Shown piece by piece: positions 1 through 13,138 of a stretch of DNA of 64,000 nucleotides. How positions within the stretch are numbered: the stretch's first letter is position 1; each line of letters begins with the position of its first letter. Origin of the DNA: Octopus vulgaris (Eukaryota). The position numbers and the translations under genes are program-made. The stretch is taken from NCBI GenBank assembly GCA_951406725.2, contig OX597816.1:95728001-95792000 (forward strand). Direction: 5' to 3'. The notes beneath the pieces were generated by a model that worked only from the letters and a program-made list of their open reading frames with translations, made no database searches and was not told the origin of the DNA.

Positions 1-444
1 ATACTTGCAGCAAATGGTGTTCCTATGCAATATTTGCAGCTAATGAGATTGCTTATGCTAGTGTGGGATCTGTAGTATTGTTATGCCATGTTTTAGATCA
101 GTCAATGTATTTTATAACTCATATATATATATGCAGTGCCGTCGAGTGTGAAAATGTATTTTTCTGCTTTAACTGCTCGCCTCACAAGTACAAGTGATCT
201 TTTATTTAAAGTAACTTTGTTTTATTGTGTAATGAATATTGTCTGAATTCAGCACACAATTATTCCAGTTTTTATCTCATTTCGTCAACAGGCATTTTGT
301 TTTCGTCTTGAGTTTAGTTAATATTGCTGCATATTCGAGCTATCTGGATATGCTAGTGAGGCAAGATAACATACCTCCTTTGTTAACAAAGAGTTAAGCC
401 TTCATGTCGCTTCCAGTACAATGTATTATATACACTGTTTTTGT

Positions 445-843
445 TCTTCTAATGACATGTTTCAGTCATTAGATTGTGGTCATGCTGGGGCACAGCCTTG
501 AACAATTTGTTTTGGTCGAATGAATTGATCCTAACACTTATTTTAAGCCTGGTACTTATTCTATTCACATCTCTTGCCGAACCACTAACTTACGGAGACA
601 TAAACACACCAACACCGGTTGTCAAGCGATAGAGGGGGACAGACACAGACACCCGCGTGCGCGCGCACACACACACATGCACGAATGCACACACACAGAT
701 CTACGGGCTTCATTCTGTTTTCGTCTGCGAATCCACTCACAAGGCTGTGGTCGACCTGAGGTTATAACAGTGGGGTTGTGGGGCTGAAACCGGAACCATG
801 CAGTTCGGAAGCAAGCTTGTTACCATTCAACCACGCCTGCGTC
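445..843 (-). mobile_element. SINE family A (tRNA-derived head, internal microsatellite), diverged copy
   Basis: Reverse complement matches the copies at 52921-53328 and 58636-59062 (head GCAGG.GTGG.TG..TGGTAA, body GCCTTGTGAGTGGATT, 3' part CCCAGCATGACCACAATCTAATGACTGAAAC). Confidence 0.85.
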
Positions 844-1388
844 AATGGATGTTTAATGTATTATAATAAATAAATGTGAACGAGTGTATATAATTATATA
901 TGTGTGTGCGTGTGCTAGTGTGTGTGTGTTTTAAGGACATAGTTTACAAGTAAACACCAAATTCTCCTCTTGAGACAAAGACTTCAAATGGCTTCCAGAT
1001 GACTTCTAAACCTTGAAACTCCTTTGGACGCCACAACAAATCTAACTATCACTCCCTTAGTCATTCATACCAACAATGTAAACGGCAAATCCTTATCTAC
1101 AACCTTCGCTGGACTATCTTCTCTAAACCCAGATCCTATTCCGGAAACGGAAAATCATGTGCTTTGTGCCAGCCGAAAAGCATTGGAAATAATATTCATC
1201 AGGTTCTTCTGACAAAAATCTTGGAACGGAGTCTAAGCATCCATACATCATACAAAACTTGTAGACATTGTAGAGTGTAGGGCGATTCAAACCGTTTATG
1301 CGTATCAATGTACATGAACAAACAAACACATACACACACACACGCGCGTGCATGCACAAACACACACACATGCATGCACAAACATGTA

Positions 1389-2163
1389 TAGGAGGTTTGA
1401 TCAATGAGTTTCCGGACTGTTGCCATACTAACGAAGTTTTACCATTCTAGCTTCCTTACTTTGTTTTTGCTTGGAAGGGTGTGTAGAGTGTGATCGTTGC
1501 ATTGACCATAACAGAAGTTGTCATGGTGATACTTGCTGAGAGGCCTACGCAAAGTTGCAGAAAGTGTATGGAGAGGGTGTATGAGCTGCACACAAGTGTA
1601 CGAGTGGATCAGATGTTTCCAATATAGCCAAATACATGTCGATATTGACAAACTGTCAAAAACATTGCAGATGTGCGTGCACCTGTGAGGGAAAATCGTC
1701 GAATCACCATCCGCGAGTTATCAGATTAGTTACGGTTCAGTTCAATCCATTATCACTGAAGATATGATTACGAGATACGTACCTGCCAACTTTGTGCCAA
1801 AACCGCTTTCAGCTGACCAAAAGGACACTCGGGTGTCAGTTGCGCATTTTCTCGATAGTGTCGAGAAGAATGAAAATATTTTGAAAACTTTGCGTAGACC
1901 ACTGAGCAAGTATCGCCAAGCTTTTGGCAAAATTGATGCAAATTCTCTGCTCAACTTCCTCTGCTATGGTCAATGCGGCGATCACATGTTACACGACTTC
2001 CTTCTAAGCATTGCTGTAAACAACGGATGTGAGCTAGAATGTTAAAACTTAGTGCGTATGCACACCAGAGTTCAAGAGCAATCTGTGCTAAGCAGCTTTA
2101 CTCTGAATGCTTTAGCTTCGTCACTATGGCAACTGTCCGGATACTTATTTATCAGACCATGTA
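1389..2163 (+). mobile_element. mariner-derived foldback element made of two left ends, with a transposase fragment
   Basis: TA-flanked inverted ends (GAGGTTTGATCAATGAGTTTCCGGACTGTTGCCATA vs TATGGCAACTGTCCGGATACTTATTTATCAGACCAT), with further inverted similarity inside. 1690-1890 reads ENRRITIRELS...YVPANFVPKPLSADQK (second HTH plus WVPHEL-like linker). Confidence 0.85.
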
Positions 2164-2202
2164 TATTACACATGTACATGTATGTGTGTGTATGTGTGTG
2201 TT

Positions 2203-2261
<59 letters not shown>

Positions 2262-2537
2262 GTGTGTGTGTGTGTGTGTGTATGATTCATGTATATATAT
2301 ATAGCTCCACTTAAACGCGGATGTTCTGTCAAAATATAAAGTATGTTGCGGTAGTTATCATGAGAGAAACAACTACCGCCGTATAATTTTTCAATAACAA
2401 ATCATACACATTTATTTGGGGATAAAACCAGCAGTTTCGGAGGAAGGAGTACTTATTTTATCGACCTTGAAAGGATGCAATGTGGAGATAAACATTAATT
2501 CTCCTTATCAATACTGGCTCTGTCGCTAAGATGTATA

Positions 2538-2584
<47 letters not shown>

Positions 2585-2592
2585 TTATTTAT

Positions 2593-2807
2593 AAATAAGG
2601 ATAATATCGATATTATCAAGTGGCCAGCATGGGAAAAAATACCGTACAACGGTAATAATTTTTTTTTATACAACTAAAAATAAGGGTGTCTGAGAGACAC
2701 CACCATGCCGAAATAGCAGTCAAAACCCTGACTTTAAAAACCACGTAAAATGTTCATATTGTACCATGAGATAAGACAGAGGGACAAAATAGACTAGCAT
2801 GTTTTAG

Positions 2808-2808
<1 letters not shown>
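2593..2808. mobile_element. (TA)n-embedded mini-element, Penelope-like terminal fragment
   Basis: Flanked by (TA)n on both sides. Homologous to 41299-41522; carries the GGGTGTCT-GAG-AGACACC hairpin and GAAATAGCAG motif. Confidence 0.6.
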
Positions 2809-2846
<38 letters not shown>

Positions 2847-5082
2847 CATATGTATATATGTGTGTGTATTATGCATATATGTATAATCAGTTCTCTAGAA
2901 TATATATTCGTGCGTGCATGTGATGTATGTATGTATGATTATTGTGGAGAATATGTTGTTTTATGCAAAAGCAAATACATGCACATATTCACATGCACAC
3001 AGCTGTACGTGCTTGCGCACTCATGTTTGACTACACATTTATATTATGACTACACAATTTATATATGGATTACTCATTCATACATGCTTTGATATATACA
3101 AAGATACACGCGCGCGCGCACGTATGCATATAATAAATTCAGATGCCTGCGTACAAGGTAATATCAATGCATATATAAAAGGAATAAAAGAAAGCAAATA
3201 GAAAGTTTATACATTTACATATTCAGATGAAAATTTCGCGCGTGCGTAATCTGCGTGTTTATCTGACTGTGTTTATCTGTGTGCAGTTGAGTGAAAGAAG
3301 ACATAACGAATGTTTTTTCTCGGGTCTATTAGTGTCCTCTATATCTGTCTATATCTATTGTTAACTGTTGTTTTTTTTTTCTTTGTTGTCATCTAAGAGA
3401 TCATAATGGATATTCATTGACGAAGACTATTTGTCCGTAAAACACTGAGATTAGTACAGATTCTTTTTTATTCTCCATCTGTTATTATCAGCTCATCATG
3501 CTCCCAGTGTCCATCATTATTTCAGCTGTGAGGAGCTATTATGTACAATGATTAAGGTTTGTACAAGAAGCTTATAATACGATTATTATTTCATCAGAAA
3601 TAGATTTGATAGGATGCTATTTATGTGCATATATGTGATAGTATGCTTATCGATGTAAGCAGTTCTTCAGCGGTCATATTGACCTAAATACTGAATAAAA
3701 GTATACTTGACATTGTTCGGCGCACATAGAAGATATGAACTATCAATAAATACAGTGTATAGAATGAAGTAATGTGAACACCTCTTCTGGCTGTTAACCT
3801 CGTCTTTTCACTTTGATAAATCTTTACTTCGTATGTTCGTTCTTTAACAGGCAGCATGTTTACTAGATAAATGTACGTGTACTAAGAGTAACAGATGCGA
3901 AATAGTTTTGTGGGTAGGTTTGAAAACACTCGCACGGCATAAAGATTATTCACCTAAGCGTAGAGATCACGTAAATATCACAGTGCACAGAAATCAAATT
4001 TGGTGGGACTAACGAATATCCAAGACCAGAATCAGCCCTCAGGTTCTGGAACATCCAGGTGTCACAACACCCCGACTTACGCAGAGTTACAGAACATCCT
4101 CGTTTAAAGTGACCTCAAGTTAATTAGGAGAAACAAGGGCTCAAGTATGGTAAGGATGTAACAGACAAGAATGATGTCAGTTTCAAAACATAATTAACAC
4201 CATTATCATCATTCTGCTTCCTGGGGAATTCGGACTGGACAGAAGATAGCAATGAAATACTCCTACGTTACAAGTAACTAGCACAGCCACTATTTCAGGT
4301 AGGTACTTAAGAACTTGAGTCCACAGTACAAAGAGGATAAGATGGAGAAGAGGAGACTTCAGTTTTCTCCGTAAAATGCCCGTGACATCGAAACAAACTG
4401 AGTGCAATAGGAGACTGTTGGGAAGCGAGTTGCTTTTCGAGCAAAACCATCTGGTTTACGAAAGAAGGTACTGGGGCAAAAGCGTAACTCATCTGCTCCG
4501 AAGGTGAGATCGATATTCACCTAAGAGTCACCTACAGTGATGATTCTAGAGAGTAGGATAAAATTAACAGGCAACAGGTGTACGTGAACAAAGAAAGTAT
4601 TAGCTTGACGCTCGGTGAAAAGAGAGAGTTTGACGTTTCGAGTATAGCTCTTCGTCGGAAAGGAGAAAAGGAAAGCACCAAAGAAAGGAAAAGAAATTGT
4701 CAGCAACACGTGCGTAGTTATATTGCTGAAGTAAATATATACAGGATATCTATAATGTGCAATTAAAAGTATTTGTAGATTTGTAACTGTCCGTGACAGA
4801 ACTAGATTACACGCGGATTTTATTGACACGCCGCATACACACACACACACACACCCATCGACATGCACACATACACATCGGCACGCACACCCATCGACAC
4901 GCACACACACGTACACACACACACACATGCATCTATATATGTATACACAATAGTTCATGCGTATATAGATGCATATGTTACAGATCAAATAGTAAGGTAT
5001 GTCGTTCAGTGTTTCTATTTATTAGTTGTGTATATAATTATTCTAATACATTCTCTATTCTCGTCTTCTACTACTTGTATAC

Positions 5083-5130
<48 letters not shown>

Positions 5131-5266
5131 TTACATGCATACACACACACATAAGCAGTTGAATTGTTGAATATAGCACGAATAGTTATATACACAACAA
5201 AGTCAAACACATGACTGCATAGCTTTGTACTCCACATATCCTCTCACGCACGCGCGTGCGTGCGTG

Positions 5267-5311
<45 letters not shown>

Positions 5312-6239
5312 TGTATGTGTCATGTATTCATACTGTTTTGCGTTTGGACATATGTTTAAATCCTATTTAAGAGTAAGTTTGGAAACTCTATCTTTATCCA
5401 GTTGTAAATAACACACAGTATAGGTATAAATACATTTACATATGTCTGTGTGTGAGTCTATGTGCACAGGCGTGCAAATATATACCACATCTGATGCAAC
5501 ATCTAAATGTAATAAAACATTTTAGTAGTGCTAGTTTAGTTTCATTAGGAAAGTGCAACATATGGAATGCGGAAATGGAGTGGATTATTGAGATATTGGG
5601 CCACCTTAATAGCATTAGTGCTTTAACTAAATTGAAGTAAACTTGTGAACCTTGTAAGTAGAAATAGACGCACCAGAAATATATCTTTCTCTCTCAGATG
5701 AATAATATACATCTCTATCATGCTCGATATCAACATTGATTAGTATATATTTCATCCGGTTAGGTAACAATTTGAAATAGTAACTATTGTACTTTTCTCG
5801 TTTTAAAGCTGGTCTAAAAGCGCTGATTTCATCGGACTAATATAATTAGTATAACTCGTATTGCTTCTTTACCAAGAAGTGAGACTGTTACTCAGCTTTT
5901 GCTGAATTTCAGTCAATTATGTCTGGTATTGTAACTTTAGGAAAACTATATATAATAAAAGGCAAGGGAAAGAAAGAGAGACAGTAAAAGAAAGAATCAG
6001 AGAGTCAGCACAACAGGTTCAAGATGAATGTCTAAAAATTATGCTTTTTTTTTTACTTAATGCAATGTTGCAAGGCTAGATTTTCGCTCGAGTAAATATT
6101 GATTATGTTAAGAAAATTTAGAAAACTAACAGCATATTTAGTGCGAATTTATAAAAAGTAAGTTTGGTAAAATTTACATTATAAATATAGCACCCTGCCA
6201 TATTCCTGATATTACATAATGTAGGAAAGGTACGAAATC

Positions 6240-6530
6240 AGCATACTGACAATTTAGTTGCATCATCTCAAACCTCCGCCTATCTTTAATCCATGAACTC
6301 AATGAACAGTATCTATTCTCCGTCCGTTCTTCATGTAAATCCGTACTTATTGATGATGCACCTATACCGCAGTCGGACTCCTGTTATTATGAAAGCATAA
6401 TTTCTGTCACTGGACTCCTTCAAGTGAAGATATTCCGTTGGATCAACTTGGCCTCTGCATCCTTCAGGAAACTCAGCGAACAGAAAATATCTCCGTTCAT
6501 CAAGCTGTGTATCCAAAAGTGAAGTGCAAT
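6240..6530 (-). pseudogene. possible RTE-type LINE reverse transcriptase remnant
   Basis: Minus translation AEFPEGCRGQVD...ITGVRLRYRCII weakly resembles QAGFRxGRxxxDQ and TGVRQGC motifs; very degraded. Confidence 0.3.
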
Positions 6531-6737
6531 ATTATTTGGGAAGGCATATGTGTGTGTGTGTGTGTGTGTGTCTGTGTGTGTGTATGTGTGTGTGTGGGTG
6601 GGTGTTTTCGGTGCAAATAGGAAAGCCTTCTTTTTTCTGACGAGGGCTTAAATGTCCCTTTATTAGACTATTTTCGTTAGTCATTGCTCGGTGATCGTCA
6701 TAAGCTTTAAGCTTATATAAAAATACCATCATATGTA

Positions 6738-6995
6738 GGCAGGAGTGGCTGTGTGGAAAGTAGCTTGCTTACCAACCACATGGTTCTGGGTTCATTCTCA
6801 CTGCGTGGCACCTCGGGCAAGTGTCTTCTACTATAGCCTCGGGCCGACCAAAGCCTTGTGAGTGGATTTGGTAGACGGAAACTGAAAGAAGCCCGTCTTA
6901 TATATATATATATGTGTCTGTGTTTGTTCCCCCAACATCGCTTGACAACCGATGGTGGCGTGTTTATGTCCCCGTAATTTAGCGGTTCGGCAAAA
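6738..6995 (+). mobile_element. SINE family A, 3'-truncated
   Basis: Head GGCAGGAGTGGCTGTGTGG...GGGTTCATTCTCAC (Pol III A/B-box-like), body near-identical to 52921-53328. Confidence 0.9.
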
Positions 6996-8812
6996 ATTAA
7001 TTTTTACTAGAAGTAACAAGTAATAACAAATAGAAGTAATAACTAGTAGCAAAAATTTTTAGCTTTAATAAAAGCTAATATTTTCTAAAGCTAAATATTT
7101 TATCTGAACTTTTATCTTTAGCTGCAATATTTTAAGTAAAAATATTCTTGAATTATATTTTACCAGATGTAATAACTGTTGTATCAGTGTAAGTGAATTT
7201 GTGGTTGTATTGTATTCTCTTGTTTTATTAGGGTGTCCATTATTAACTAATGCACATTTTATTGTTCTACTACCTAGTCTATTAGGACCCATTATTAACT
7301 AATTGTTTACACGTAGATTCTCCTTATGAAAGTGTTACGCGTAGTATTTCTTTTTATGAATCTTACGAGTAGGATCCCCTTATGTAGTTGGAAGTTTAAA
7401 CGTTCGCCTAAGAATTTCACTACAGATATTGTGCATCTAATGGGACAACACTTACTATCATGGTGTTTGTGTTTAGTTTCGCTACACTGATGCGCTATAT
7501 GTGTTATTCCTTATTGCTACATATATTTCTAAATAGTCTGAAATTATGTTAGAGATATATTGCGGCGTAAATGCAAGGATAGTGTTACTGTTAATCTATA
7601 GGCTTTTCCTATTCTAGGAACAAGATATAAATGAACTCTGTATCCGTAGTATTGAGTGTTCTTTTAATTTTGCTTCCTTATATTATATCAATGTGTGTAA
7701 CTATCGTGGTACCACAGCATCACAACAACCAACTATTCAGAACAAATGAATACATTTATAAATGCCATGGTTGTTTTTGAACACATGATGCTACCTATGC
7801 TGGAAGACTGACTGACTGTCACCATTTGGCCTTTTGTCAAATGTATTGTGCCTTTCTATATTATAAACTACGTCTTGTTCCATTTTAAAAACAGCCGAGT
7901 GTGATTTAATTGGAGTTTGACTGTTATTTCTGGCAAATTAAACTTCTGTGTAAAGCTTCTTCGTTGACGTTTATGTGTGCTTGTGTTTGTTTTGTTGTTA
8001 ATTAAATTCAGATAGAATACTTAAAAAGAATTGTAGCACTGTATAATTGTGATGTATAGACGACGGTTATGTTTCACTCGCAAAAACTTTATGTGTTCAT
8101 TCACTTTTAACTTTATTTATGCAACGTCTTTAGCTGTAGCAAACCTTTGCAATTTAAGTCCTCGTGCCATTCATTACATTAGTTTAAATTGTTTTCTGGT
8201 GCTTTGCATAAATAAAAATCAATGATTCAGACAAAATCTAATGAAATATTGAACTGGAAATCACTTCACATTTTATTATTCCCGAATATAAGAAAAACTA
8301 AGAAATAAAGCTATACAAGTACAATTAAATTACGATTTATGTGACTTTGATAATGATCGTATGCATTATAAATCATTTTATTTCTATCAATTTATTTATC
8401 TTTTTCTTCCTCTCGTGCGCACTTTCTCACTCGCCGTTGCTGACGATCGTTAGAAATCATAGCTACAGTTATAGTTACTGTAATGCTATCCTCCAAGTCT
8501 CCTTGTGAAGATCTAGATGTACATAATTTTGACTGCTGGTGTAAAAAGTGTTTCTGAGGGTGGGTCGGGGTGAGTCTTCTCTTTCGGAGTCGCTACCTTC
8601 TACAAATTTCCAGAGGCACTTCCTCGGGGAGTCGCAACTATTTCTCGGTAGCAAGAGAGTCAAGACGGACGTAAGTTGTGTCATTGATATATTTTATCTT
8701 AAGCTTTTTCATGAATGCCTTGGCCCTAACAGGAGTGTAAACAACAACAGAGTGATTTAAATACTTAAGACAAAAGCATTTCGTATACCCAAAATTATAG
8801 TTTACACTGATA

Positions 8813-9250
8813 GGCGCAGGCATGGATTTGCGGTAAGAAGATTGATTTCCAACCACATGGTTCCAGGTTCAGTCCCACTGCGTAGCACCTTGGGCAAGTG
8901 TCTTCTACTACAACTACTACAGCCTCGAACCGACCAAAGCCTTGTAAGCGGGTTCGGTGTACGGAAGCTGAAAGAAGCCCGTCATATATATATATATATA
9001 TATTTATACATACACGTGTGTGTGTGTTTTTGTGTGTTTGTCTCTGTATTTGTTCCTCCACCATCTCTTGGCATCCGATGTTAATGTTTTTACGTCTCTG
9101 TAACTAGCGGTTCGACAAAAGTATCGATAGAATATAGTACCAGGCTTACAAAGAATAAATCCTGGGGCCGATTGGTTTGACTAAAACCCCATAATGTGGT
9201 GTTCTGATATGGCCGCAGTCAGATGATTGAAACAAGTAAAAGAATAATAG
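8813..9250 (+). mobile_element. SINE family A, full length, diverged
   Basis: Same head, internal (TA)n(TG)n tract and AAACAAGTAAAAGA tail as other copies. Confidence 0.9.
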
Positions 9251-9553
9251 ACAAGAGCAGTTAAATTAACTACGTACTTATTATTTTATTTTCTGTATTT
9301 GTGTAGCCTAATCTCTTGACATCCGATGTTAATTATTTATCTCTGTAACTAGCGGTTCGACAAAAGTATTAGATAGAATATAGTACCAGGCTTACAAAGA
9401 ATATCCTAGTTATCCGATTGGTTTAGGAAATATGAAACAGGCAGTTCCAAATAATCAACTGCTTTCTCAGTTCATATTTCAAGGCCTTCAATGTTTGTAA
9501 GGAGGGTAGATTGGCAGAAACCACAGTTTTTCGAACATTTTTTTCTGACATTA

Positions 9554-10219
9554 TACCACAAAACATTACGTTCTGATTTCAAATCGCACCGGTGTCAGAT
9601 TTACCTTCCATCTCTCTGATGGTGATATCTTAATGTACCTGTCAAAACTGGGGTTCTTTTAAGAAGCTACCTTGTCTCGCACAAAAACAAATCTAGTGAT
9701 TGCATTAGATATCAACTTTATATCGCAAATTAGTAAAAAATATAGCCGATAGTTACAGATTTCCTCTGAACTAATCACTGGTCTAGTGAATTTTCAATGG
9801 TTTCTGTCGGCAAAATTTCACTTGTAAGATATTCTTTAACTCGATTTAAGGTTCAGAAATACTTGTCTAAAATGCTGTGCAGTGGGATCGAACACAGAAT
9901 CCGTCATATGTAGTACCACAAAACATTACGTTCTGATTTCAAATCGCACCGGTGTCAGATTTACCTTCCATCTCTCTGATGGTGATATCCTAATGTACCT
10001 GTCAAAACTGGGGTTCTTTTAAGAAGCTACCTTGTCTCGCACAAAAACAAATCTAGTGATTGCATTAGATATCAACTTTATATCGCAAATTAGTAAAAAA
10101 TATAGCCGATAGTTACAGATTTCCTCTGAACTAATCCAGTGAACTTTCAATGGTTTCTGTCGACAAAATTTCACTTGTAAGATATTCTTTAACTCGATTT
10201 AAGGTTCAGAAATACTTGT
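9554..10219. repeat. tandem duplication of about 310 bp, 360-bp offset
   Basis: 9554-9866 is nearly identical to 9914-10219 (a few substitutions, one short indel); the unit contains decayed SINE pieces. Confidence 0.95.
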
Positions 10220-10369
10220 ACAATACTTTGTACAATAAACAATATCTTTTTTCTTGGAATCACGAGCTGAACGAAAAAAGAATGATTATAACAATAAAAT
10301 CCATCATTACGAAGTCTTTATTGTATTCTTATTTTGTACAGCATAAGCGTTCTGTTTCTTGATCGTGTT

Positions 10370-10680
10370 ATGACAAGAGACGGAATATTATTCTACAGCT
10401 CAACCGGCCGGGCTAGATTAAATGAAACACTAAACCCCGTTTCCCGAAACATAGTGGCCAAAGTTAATGTCACTGTTTTGTAGACTTAACTGGAATCATC
10501 CACTACTGTTTCTCGAATTCTGGCGAAGACTTTACCGTAGGCAAGTATTGCCAGGAAATTGAAAAAAATGCATCAGGAGCTATAACTTTACCGCAACATT
10601 GATTAACCAGTAAGGACTTATTCTTTTTGACAACACAATATGCTTCGCGAATGATTCTACACGAATTTAGAGCAATGAAT
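10370..10680 (+). pseudogene. mariner transposase catalytic-domain remnant
   Basis: Reads TGIIHYCFSNSGEDFTVGKYCQEIEK..HQEL then GLILF.DN with frameshifts, typical of the region between the first and second Asp of DD34D. Confidence 0.7.
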
Positions 10681-10974
10681 TTCATTTAATTCAACTTACA
10701 AATTTTTATCTTGCAACCGGCTATCACTTGTCCAATCATTTTGTTAACTTCCTGTAAACGGTCTTTAAGAGTTTCTATATCAATTAAATAAAATGTATTG
10801 TGAACGAAAGCTATTATTTTCAAATTTATGGGTGAAAACAGCAATCATTTTTTGCACCATACTACGTATTCATATGCGTATATTTACTTACATAAGTATA
10901 CTTGGATATAGATGCTCACAAATAAGTGTGTATGTGTGCATGTGTATCTGTGTGCCTCTTTGTGTTTATATAAC

Positions 10975-11450
10975 CGGATACGAGTGATTACCCAAAGTAA
11001 ATTAACCTGTTTTAAAAACATACAAAGATGATAAAATCATTAAAGATAACTCGCAGACCATTAAAATCTAAATCTTTTTTTACAAAAATGCTAATAATCA
11101 ATTACGTATTCAAATAGATGGACAGGGATTATGCCAGCTAACTTATCCCGACTACAAAAGAGCAACTTTAATCAATCAATAAATAAGAAATATATCAATC
11201 AACTTGATAGCATCGGTTTCTTTAGCTTCATTACTCTCCTGATTTCGAGAGTTAAATAGAGTTCATCGTTGCAGCAGGCAGGTACACAATTCATATACCT
11301 CAAATAATACTTCTTCATTAAATAACCTCATCTCAGTTATCCTTATTTATCTTATATTTACATTCTTATAGTCCTTCTGACATTTACTCTTTCGTTTCTT
11401 AAGTACTTTTCTTTCATTTTTAGTTCTTGTGTACCATTCAATTTAGTTCC
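10975..11450 (-). mobile_element. Penelope-like element 3' remnant
   Basis: Minus strand MRLFNEEVLF...TLFNSRNQ resembles the GIY-YIG C-terminus (CxLCxEE...LLNxRxE). It is followed by a decayed hammerhead-like TAATGAAG...GAAAC and AGTTGCTCTTTTGTAG, a variant of the shared 3' motif. Confidence 0.35.
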
Positions 11451-12308
11451 ATCTTCTGTTTTAGTCTTTGATTTTGTTATTGTCTTCGGTTATTTTGTAA
11501 TATTTGTTGTATTTTACGCTTGCTTATATTTCCTAATCTATTTCGTCCGATATTTGTTTTGCTACAGTTCATCTTTCTAAAATTAATGTATCGCAAAATC
11601 ATGGCAATCAACTTGTCTGCTATTAATTGCGTTTCATTAAACGTCTGCGTACAATACTAAGGCAACATTTCGCATTGCCACAATGACTTTTATATATATA
11701 TTCATGTAAGTATGTATGTATATACATATGTGTATGTATGTATGTTTCTTTCTGTGTTCCTTTCTGTGGAATAGCGTAGGCTCGAAACGTTAACGACTTT
11801 TTCATTTCCTGAACGTTAAACTAATATATCTGTTTGTTGTCTACACCAGCTGTCTTCGTCTTTTGTTTTTTTTTTTTGTGAATTCTCCCTATATATGTAT
11901 ATGTGTGTGTGTTTGTGTATGTATATGCTTGTACATGTACGAGTGTTTGTGTGGCGTGTGCGCGCGTGTGTATATGTATGTATATGTGCATGTATGTGTG
12001 TGTCTGTGTGTGTGTATGCGTATGTGTGTGTTTATGTACGTGTGTGGTCATGTAGTTGACAGACACAGTAACTGTGGCAGTTAAACTAATACGGTCTTTA
12101 ACATTAAGAATATTAACAATATCGATTATGTTTGATAACACATCTTACATTACACAACGCTGCATTAAAATACACTGCGCTATACATTACTATAATACAT
12201 GGATCTCTATACTATAGTAAAATATTAAAACTACTACACTGCATTGTACTTTTGCTATACAATAATCTGTATTCATCTGCATTACACCATACTGCACTGC
12301 AGTTCAAC

Positions 12309-12352
<44 letters not shown>

Positions 12353-12574
12353 TCATATGTGTGTGTGTAGGTTAGAGTAGGTCAAAGTACTTTAATCTAC
12401 AACTACTGACTCAAAGGGATGCCACCTTTAGCCGTTTTGAACAACGCAATCACATAACCACAACTTCAACTGCTGTTCAAACTGGAATTTTGAATGCGGT
12501 GGATATTGAAAATTTATAGCATATAGACTCGAGGCATGCTCGTTATCGCCTCGTGAATATATGGTAGTCCTTGG

Positions 12575-12671
12575 CTTTTCTGCTGATGAGTGCAACGCTA
12601 GTGGTAAATAAATTTAATTTGATTTAATTTATTTACAAAAGATTGCCGAAACTATGCATAGTCCAGAAAGG
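12575..12671 (+). ncRNA. type I hammerhead ribozyme, copy 1
   Basis: Helix I CTTTTCTG(12575-82)/CAGAAAGG(12664-71); core CTGATGA 12583-89; helix II G(T)GCAA/TTGCC extended by GTAAATAAATT/AATTTATTTAC; GAAA 12648-51; palindromic helix III ACTATGCATAGT; GTC cleavage triplet 12661-63. Confidence 0.85.
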
Positions 12672-13043
12672 AAAGGGTAAATGTTTTTATTTCTCTTTCC
12701 ATTTCAGAGTTACAACTATTAGTGGTTTGGAGTTTAGCTGCTCTTTCTAGTGAGTCGGATGTCCTATTATAGACATCCCTTATATGTTTGAATATATATT
12801 ATATAGTCTATTGACTATTTTTTCTCTCTCATTTGACCGCTGGTAGCGGAGAATTTTTCTAGAATTTTTTGCTACCCTAAAATTTATTAATTAATGATTT
12901 TTTTGTCTATTTTTGAAATTAAATCGGCAGTTTATATTTACTACTGAGAAAACCGCGCGAATGCGGTGGATTTTTGAAAATTTATAGCATATAGACTCGA
13001 GGCATGCTCTTTATCGCCTCGTGAATATATGGTAGTCCTTGGA

Positions 13044-13138
13044 TTTTCTGCTGATGAGTGCAACGCCAGTGGTAAATAAATTTAATTTAATTTAATTTAT
13101 TTACAAAAAATTGCCGAAACTATGCATCGTCCAGAAAG
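13044..13138 (+). ncRNA. type I hammerhead ribozyme, copy 2
   Basis: TTTTCTG-CTGATGA(13051-57)-GTGCAA...TTGCC-GAAAC(13116-20)-TATGCATC-GTC(13129-31)-CAGAAAG; core intact, one mismatch in helix III. Confidence 0.8.

Noticed and set aside
3410-3450. TTGACGAAGAC..GTCCGTAAAAC degenerate hammerhead-like motif
   Set aside because: Both core boxes are mutated and no helix I/III is supportable.
3940-4700. GC-richer stretch that looks like coding or retroelement DNA
   Set aside because: No recognisable motif or sustained frame on either strand.
6650-6700. CTGACGA-GGGC..GTCC hammerhead-like start
   Set aside because: No GAAA box or helix III follows.
7255-7400. Short imperfect repeats of about 28 bp resembling an array
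   Set aside because: Only three degenerate units with no unique spacers; not CRISPR-like, and the context is eukaryotic.
8438-8470. CTGACGA..GAAA spacing
   Set aside because: Helices I and III cannot form; likely chance.
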